Of a DNA stretch of 64,000 nt, positions 58,729-64,000 are shown in pieces; position 1 is the first letter of the stretch, and every line of letters starts with the position of its first letter. The DNA is from Candidatus Poribacteria bacterium (GTDB lineage Bacteria; Poribacteria; WGA-4E; WGA-3G): positions 1,312,001-1,376,000 of the forward strand of contig OZ242029.1 of NCBI GenBank assembly GCA_965205015.1, written 5' to 3'. The notes below the pieces were generated by a model that did not search any database, had not been told where the DNA came from, and saw only the letters and a list, made by a program, of their open reading frames with translations. Made by a program: the position numbers and the translations under genes.

Positions 58729-59646
58729 CTAGCGTAGCGGATTTATGGAGTTCGGCTCGTCACCATTATCACCTTCATTTTGGTGAATAAGTGGACAAAT
58801 GCCCTCAAACTCAAGAATGGTAGCGTCCCTGATTGGAAAATACTGGTGTCTTCGTCCCTTAAAACGCACCTTTAATGCCGCGCCTTTTTGCATTTTTTGA
58901 TAACGCGGATGCCAATAACCGCCATTTAAGGGAAACGGGAATTCCACTGACTCCTGGAGTTCTAACTCCAATTGGAGGATTTCCTCAACCGTGTGTGTCA
59001 ATTTTAAAAAAAGCACCGATACTAGATGGACAAATTTCTTGAACTGCTGAGGCGTTTCTCGGAAAACCCGGTAGAGTTGAGGAGTAGGAGATTCGTGGAC
59101 TTCCAAACCATTCGGGTACTGTAATGAGAGTCCGTTACGAACACGATATTCGCCTAACCAAGGGGTTGCAGGACCAAGTTTATCATCCAGAAGTATCCGC
59201 TTTGCGCGCAGTTCGGCAATCTGGTCACCTACTAGGTCACCGAAAGGTTTTTCATTATGTATGCCTTGCTCATCGCTCTGTTTCAGCGTGACTGTCCAAC
59301 CAGAGGAAGTTTTCTCGACTGATCGCGGCGTAACCCAGGTGGCATATTCTCGGTGTGCAAAAGCGATATCGTCACCATCCCACACTTTTAATGAATGCAA
59401 AAAGTCAATTTCTTCGGGTAACTCCGGCAGCAGTTTAAGGAAAATTTCCGATGAATTCAGGCACACCTCTTGCACTCGGACAAAATACTGTATCCGTTTT
59501 GTTGTCCGTAAAAGCACATACTCGCAACGCTCAATTTCGACAGTATTCGGAACGAATGTGCTTTTCGTGTCATCACGAGGGTTTGTGGAAAGTGCAGACT
59601 TCCGGTACCTTTCCATGAAAGTGAGTTCATAGATGTGTTGTGGCAT
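58729..59646 (-). CDS. hypothetical protein
   Basis: 305-aa ORF with AGGAGA RBS; no family recognised. Confidence 0.65.
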   Translation of the reverse strand: MPQHIYELTFMERYRKSALSTNPRDDTKSTFVPNTVEIERCEYVLLRTTKRIQYFVRVQEVCLNSSEIFLKLLPELPEEIDFLHSLKVWDGDDIAFAHREYATWVTPRSVEKTSSGWTVTLKQSDEQGIHNEKPFGDLVGDQIAELRAKRILLDDKLGPATPWLGEYRVRNGLSLQYPNGLEVHESPTPQLYRVFRETPQQFKKFVHLVSVLFLKLTHTVEEILQLELELQESVEFPFPLNGGYWHPRYQKMQKGAALKVRFKGRRHQYFPIRDATILEFEGICPLIHQNEGDNGDEPNSINPLR

Positions 59647-59749
59647 TGTTTCAATCTCCTAGTGGAGAGTGAGTTCATAGACGAGTCGTGGGATTTTTTC
59701 AATCTCCTAGTGAAGTTCGTTCCTACTATAACCTTAGTTGCCATTTTCG

Positions 59750-59884
59750 TAGCATAATCTGTTAGATTGTGCTTATGGGGCACAAACTGAAAGTTTAGGC
59801 TACCTACCTCTGCAGATAATAAACCATCTTTCATGAAAAACGGTATCCGCACACCTAAAATCTTGTAAGTCGCAGCTTGGGTTA
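59750..59884. repeat. ~140-bp direct repeat unit, copy B
   Basis: See copy A; abuts the stop codon of the TIGR02391 gene. Confidence 0.75.
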
Positions 59885-60610
59885 CTATAGATCGGCTGAT
59901 GTCGGGGCTCGAGAGTCAATAATCCGAAGCAGATGACTCGCAAAGATTATTAATTCCGCTGCTTCTTCCGCAGTAACGGGCACGCTTCGATGGCTGTGCG
60001 GATTTTTGTAAAGTCCAATTGCCCCTGCAAACAAATGTGATGTAGCCTGCCTTTCCGCTTCTGGTTGACTCGCGTCTGCTAATGTACCTCGTTCATGGTG
60101 GAACGCCTGTCGCATCAAGTCAATCCCGTAATATTCAGCATATCCGGAAACACTACGCACTGCTACTTCAACTGCCTTGAATGCCTGGAGTACAGCTGTA
60201 TCATAACGACCTCGTGAAAAGAGGAACCAAATATCTTCGGCTATCGTAGGGGGCAAAAGTTGTCTAGGCAACAGATTCGCTTGGCGATAGGCTTCCAAAG
60301 CAACTGCGTTTTTTACACGTTCTCCTCGCCTCGTAATAGAAACCATATCCGGGTGAAATCCCGGGGTCGGTATAATAAATCCTTCATTTTCCAGCCACTG
60401 CCACGCTTCCCTGAGTGCTCTAATAATGTCCTCATGATGCTCCCCGGGGTATTCTGCAACCGTCTGTGGTAGACTGAAATTAGGAAGGCTGAACTGGCTA
60501 TCTGATTCCGGTAAGGAATGAAGATATTCCAAAACGACTCCAGCTAATTCCTCCGGTTCAAGACTCAGCAAGAGTTCATGATCAGGCATTAATTCATAGA
60601 TAGACGACAT
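59885..60610 (-). CDS. TIGR02391-family protein
   Basis: EAWQWLENEG, AVLQAFKAVEVAVR and LFAGAIGLYKNPHSHR. Confidence 0.85.
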   Translation of the reverse strand: MSSIYELMPDHELLLSLEPEELAGVVLEYLHSLPESDSQFSLPNFSLPQTVAEYPGEHHEDIIRALREAWQWLENEGFIIPTPGFHPDMVSITRRGERVKNAVALEAYRQANLLPRQLLPPTIAEDIWFLFSRGRYDTAVLQAFKAVEVAVRSVSGYAEYYGIDLMRQAFHHERGTLADASQPEAERQATSHLFAGAIGLYKNPHSHRSVPVTAEEAAELIIFASHLLRIIDSRAPTSADL

Positions 60611-60658
60611 AATACCATTTCCAAAAGGAGCACACAAATTGTATAAGTTCTACAACCA

Positions 60659-60687
60659 ATTATAACCTATCCAAAGCAGGAAGTCAA
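60659..60687 (-). promoter_or_regulatory. sigma70 promoter
   Basis: TTGACT-17-TATAAT. Confidence 0.75.
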
Positions 60688-60852
60688 AGAAATCTCATGC
60701 CGACACTGATGCCGAAGACTGTTATCCGCTCTAAACATTTTCAGATTTTTTACAGAAGCCTACCCCAAGTCTTGAATATTCTCAACCATCTCCGGATCCT
60801 TGTCAGGTCTGATATAGTAAACCCGAAAATCTGAAACTTCATACAGTTCGTG

Positions 60853-61734
60853 CTACATTTTAAAAAAGTCTCGAATTTTTTCAGCCACTGCTATGAGTGC
60901 CCTACTCGCAGGAGCGTCCGGGTATTTATCAAGATATAGTGTTCCTTCGTCACCAGCACGAGCGAGTCTCGGATCGAAGGGGACACTGCCCAACAGATCC
61001 TGCTGGAATGCGGCGTCCAACGTCTCATCGGCGGAAAAGAGGGGTTCCTCCTCGCCACAGTGCTCACAGACATAGAATGCCATATTTTCGACAACACCAA
61101 TGATGGGGACCTTGAGAATGTCTCTCGCCATTGTTACCGACTTTTTGACGATGAGTTGCGACACCTCAGACGGGATCGTCACAACGACCACACCGCCAAG
61201 CTCCGGGATAAGTTCTGCTACGTTCGGGAGCCGATCGGTGCCGGGTGGCAAATCCAGCAGGAGATAATCCAGCATGCCCCATTCGGTATCGCCGATGAAC
61301 TCTCGGAGCGCGCCGACTTCCATCGTGCTCCGCCACGTGAACGCATCCTTCTGGGTGTGCGCATTCCAGAGTACCGGGGCATCGTCTTCTGCCAAGAGCA
61401 AATCCATAGAGATAAGCTTGGTGCCGAGTTCGGTAATAGCAGGTTTGACGCCTGTAGGCGTGTATTCCAACGTGGCGTTTCGTACCCCCATCATCTTGGC
61501 GAGCGTCGGTCCGTTGATGTCGGCATCGACGACTCCGACAGTACTCCCCTTCAGCGTGAGGGCGGTGGCGAGGTTCGCAGTGAGTGCGCTCTTACCGACG
61601 CCACCTTTCCCGCTCATAATCGCGACGGTGTGTTTGACCGAGGCGAGCCGTTGCTGGAGTCGGTTCATCTGCGCCGTGACTTGTCCGATAATATTGGAGC
61701 CGGCATCGCTTGGTAACTCTTTGTAAGTCTTCAT
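60853..61734 (-). CDS. mrp: Mrp/NBP35 family P-loop ATPase (Fe-S carrier)
   Basis: SGKGGVGKS, DADINGP, DLPPGT and ENMAFYVCEHC. Confidence 0.9.
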   Translation of the reverse strand: MKTYKELPSDAGSNIIGQVTAQMNRLQQRLASVKHTVAIMSGKGGVGKSALTANLATALTLKGSTVGVVDADINGPTLAKMMGVRNATLEYTPTGVKPAITELGTKLISMDLLLAEDDAPVLWNAHTQKDAFTWRSTMEVGALREFIGDTEWGMLDYLLLDLPPGTDRLPNVAELIPELGGVVVVTIPSEVSQLIVKKSVTMARDILKVPIIGVVENMAFYVCEHCGEEEPLFSADETLDAAFQQDLLGSVPFDPRLARAGDEGTLYLDKYPDAPASRALIAVAEKIRDFFKM

Positions 61735-63002
61735 TTGGTGCCACCAACGGCATAGAGTGCCTGATAACTGCGTAGATAGAGTGTGCCATTTGCGAGAACA
61801 GGAGAGGCAGCGATAATTTCACCTATCGAGTTGCTGGCAACAATCTCAAACGCACGTCCCGCTTTCACAACGGTGATAACACCGTCCCGAGATGTGAGAT
61901 AGACATATCCGTTCGCATAGATCGGCGAGGCGCGATGTCGGTGCCGATGCGTTCGTTTGCGATAGAGTTGTTCGCCGGTCTCGGCATCCAGACATATCAG
62001 ATCACCGTTTTCGCGACAGAGATACACTAAACCGTCATGGATAAGCGGGGAAGGGACATCCGGTGTGCCTTGTCGAAGCTTCCAACGTTGCCATTTGCTG
62101 TTCGTAATATCCCCCTGCGCAGCCGGATCAATACCTACAACGGGTCCGTTTTTCGCCGAGGGGACGACAATGAGTCCCTCCATTGCAACCGGAGAAGCGA
62201 CGAATCGGAGGCTATAGTTATACCTATTTTTCGGGTTCAGGTCCCCGCACCGCCAAATTTCATTGCCATCTTCCAGACTGTGTGCGGTGACATAATCCGC
62301 GCCGTGTACGACGAGATATTCACGTTCTGAATCGCGGTAGAGGATAGGGGAGGTATAGGCGTGTTCGCACTCCTCGGTTGCGTCGCTTTTGCGTTTATGC
62401 TTCCAGATCTCTTTCCCCGTCATTTTGTCGAGTGCCAGCACGAGCCATGCATTGCTGTGGATGAGTTGGATGTAAAGCCGATCCTTATCCAGTAGCGGGG
62501 TTGTTGACATAACGAAATAGAGGTTGAACCTACCGTAACGCTCGGCAAGATTGGTGTGCCAGACCTGATTCCCATCGAAATCGTAGCAGGCAAGATCCCC
62601 GGTGCCGAGGAACGCCCAGACGTGTTCGCCATCGGTCACGGGAGAGGGAGCGGCAGAATTGCCTTCACCGCCACGGACGACGCGGTTGCCGTGTCCTAAA
62701 GTCCGTTTCCAGAGTTCTTCGCCTTCCGTGCTGACACACATCAGAACCAGTGCGTTGCCTTCAGCAGAGGTGAGAAAAATTTTATCTTCCCAGATAACGG
62801 GGGTAGCGGCGGCTTCACCGGGAAGAGGCAAACGCCATCGGACGTTCTCGGTTGGACTCCATTGGATAGGCGCGTCGGTCTCCTGGCTGACCCCGTCGTT
62901 GTTCGGTCCACGCCACTGGTGCCAGTTGTCGGCAGATAAAGACCCTACAAGGATAAACACCCCAAGTAGGAGTGTGAGTATGTTTCTTAGGATATATTGC
63001 AT
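61731..63002 (-). CDS. secreted PQQ-like beta-propeller repeat protein
   Basis: WHQWRGP start and repeated SPV...G..LW motifs. Confidence 0.88.
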   Translation of the reverse strand: MQYILRNILTLLLGVFILVGSLSADNWHQWRGPNNDGVSQETDAPIQWSPTENVRWRLPLPGEAAATPVIWEDKIFLTSAEGNALVLMCVSTEGEELWKRTLGHGNRVVRGGEGNSAAPSPVTDGEHVWAFLGTGDLACYDFDGNQVWHTNLAERYGRFNLYFVMSTTPLLDKDRLYIQLIHSNAWLVLALDKMTGKEIWKHKRKSDATEECEHAYTSPILYRDSEREYLVVHGADYVTAHSLEDGNEIWRCGDLNPKNRYNYSLRFVASPVAMEGLIVVPSAKNGPVVGIDPAAQGDITNSKWQRWKLRQGTPDVPSPLIHDGLVYLCRENGDLICLDAETGEQLYRKRTHRHRHRASPIYANGYVYLTSRDGVITVVKAGRAFEIVASNSIGEIIAASPVLANGTLYLRSYQALYAVGGTK

Positions 63003-63072
63003 GATGTCCTGCTCCTCAGTGATCCTCGTTGAGATAAGAAATAGTAGTCAGTCGAATAAAAAATAGTCGCAC

Positions 63073-63666
63073 CTACACATCAATGCCAAAAATGAGAACA
63101 GGAATATCAATGTCAGCGACTCCGCGCTGCTCCAAATCCCACACAAATTGCTCAAAATATGAGACACCCGTAGACATATCATCAGCGAAAGATTTCACAG
63201 GGACAATCTCAACACCAGCATCAATGTAGTCCAAGTTGCGAAAAATGGTCATCTTTGCACATACGTTGTAGACCATGAATGCGTATTTTCCAAATTGAAT
63301 CTCCACGCCAAGCCGTTCTTTTAGAAAGTCCATTTCTCGGTACGCGGGACGCATTCGTTTAGGCGAATATCCAGGGAGGTAGTAGTCTGTTGAATAGTGA
63401 CACGTTACACGTTTTTTCTGCCATCCTCTGACTCCAAAACCTTCGGCAAAAGAGCGATTAAGGTCGGGCGGACTATACAACTTTTTGCCCGGCATCGTGA
63501 GTTCCTTGCTTTCTTTAACTTTGTAAAGCGAGGCATCAACAAGGGCAATAATATCCTTTACCTCTTGTAACAGGTAAGGGTGCGTCTCTTGAATAGAATG
63601 TCCATCATTGAATGAATACTCAGCAGCAATAACCACGATTGTCCTATCTTCACCCTCTATTTCCAT
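63073..63666 (-). CDS. BglII/BstYI-family type II restriction endonuclease (true start may be GTG 63636)
   Basis: EMDFLK...GVEIQFGKY...VCAKM motif with the Gln typical of BglII; SYFEQ; adjacent MTase. Confidence 0.82.
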   Translation of the reverse strand: MEIEGEDRTIVVIAAEYSFNDGHSIQETHPYLLQEVKDIIALVDASLYKVKESKELTMPGKKLYSPPDLNRSFAEGFGVRGWQKKRVTCHYSTDYYLPGYSPKRMRPAYREMDFLKERLGVEIQFGKYAFMVYNVCAKMTIFRNLDYIDAGVEIVPVKSFADDMSTGVSYFEQFVWDLEQRGVADIDIPVLIFGIDV

Positions 63667-64000
63667 TCCAAAGGCATCTGTGCTGCCCGTTCTTTTTCGG
63701 TTGGTTTGTGAATCGGTTTTCCTAACGGGCGAAGTGGTAGTGTCCCCTCTGAAAATTTCTGTATTCTTTCACGAGTAATCGCCGCATAGTTTGAATCTTG
63801 TTCAGCCCCAATTGCTTTTCGGTTATACTGCAGGGCAGCAATAATAGTAGATCCAACACCACAATAGGGGTCCAAAACGACCCCACCAGGTTGCGTGAGT
63901 GCTAAGACACACCGCTGGACCAATTCAACAGGAAATTGGCAGGGATGTTCGGTTTTCTCTGGATGGTTTGCTTTCACATTCGGAATATCCCAAACTCCAT
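63657..64000 (-). CDS. N4/N6 DNA methyltransferase, C-terminal part (runs off the window)
   Basis: VWDIPNVKANHPEK, HPCQFP and VLDPYCGVGST (SAM-binding motif I). Confidence 0.9.
   Translation of the reverse strand, partial: GVWDIPNVKANHPEKTEHPCQFPVELVQRCVLALTQPGGVVLDPYCGVGSTIIAALQYNRKAIGAEQDSNYAAITRERIQKFSEGTLPLRPLGKPIHKPTEKERAAQMPLEWK

Noticed and set aside
58692-59884. Canonical integron attC sites or chromosomal dif
   Set aside because: No GTTRRRY R' box at the proper spacing, no XerC arm and no integrase in the window; kept only as an unexplained conserved site.

Overview
Bacterial chromosomal segment, most likely Candidatus Poribacteria. This is an inference from LamG/CBM proteins ending in a KLxxxW motif, a UBact-proteasome locus and the repeat landscape. 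Core content: purB; a tRNA-Ala / 23S / 5S unit with no linked 16S; a complete arc-dop-ubact-prcB-prcA-pafA (UBact-proteasome) operon; a fatty-acyl-CoA ligase; a lipid kinase; large secreted proteases; ABC components; three tandem serine hydrolases; oxidoreductases; Mrp; and a BglII-like restriction-modification pair cut off by the window end. Mobile DNA: two apparently identical IS4-family copies (TSDs of 10 and 9 bp), one ISAs1 (10-bp TSD) and a TnpA-less IS200/IS605 element with frameshifted tnpB and readable ends. Most interesting observations: (i) a tRNA-like element with compensatory base changes but no anticodon at the head of the stand-alone 23S transcript; (ii) the uncharacterised UBact system, whose ATPase lacks the HbYX tail; (iii) a shared C-terminal V-x4-K-L-x3-W-x2-[LI]-K motif on four unrelated exported proteins, a candidate sorting signal; (iv) REP-type and heptamer/octamer palindromes translated in frame inside enzymes; (v) a three-way-junction leader RNA ahead of tnpB; (vi) two accessory genes each followed by the same ~140-bp unit with a conserved 30-bp site, a cassette-like layout. 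All calls come from reading the sequence and from motif recall; no database searches were run.
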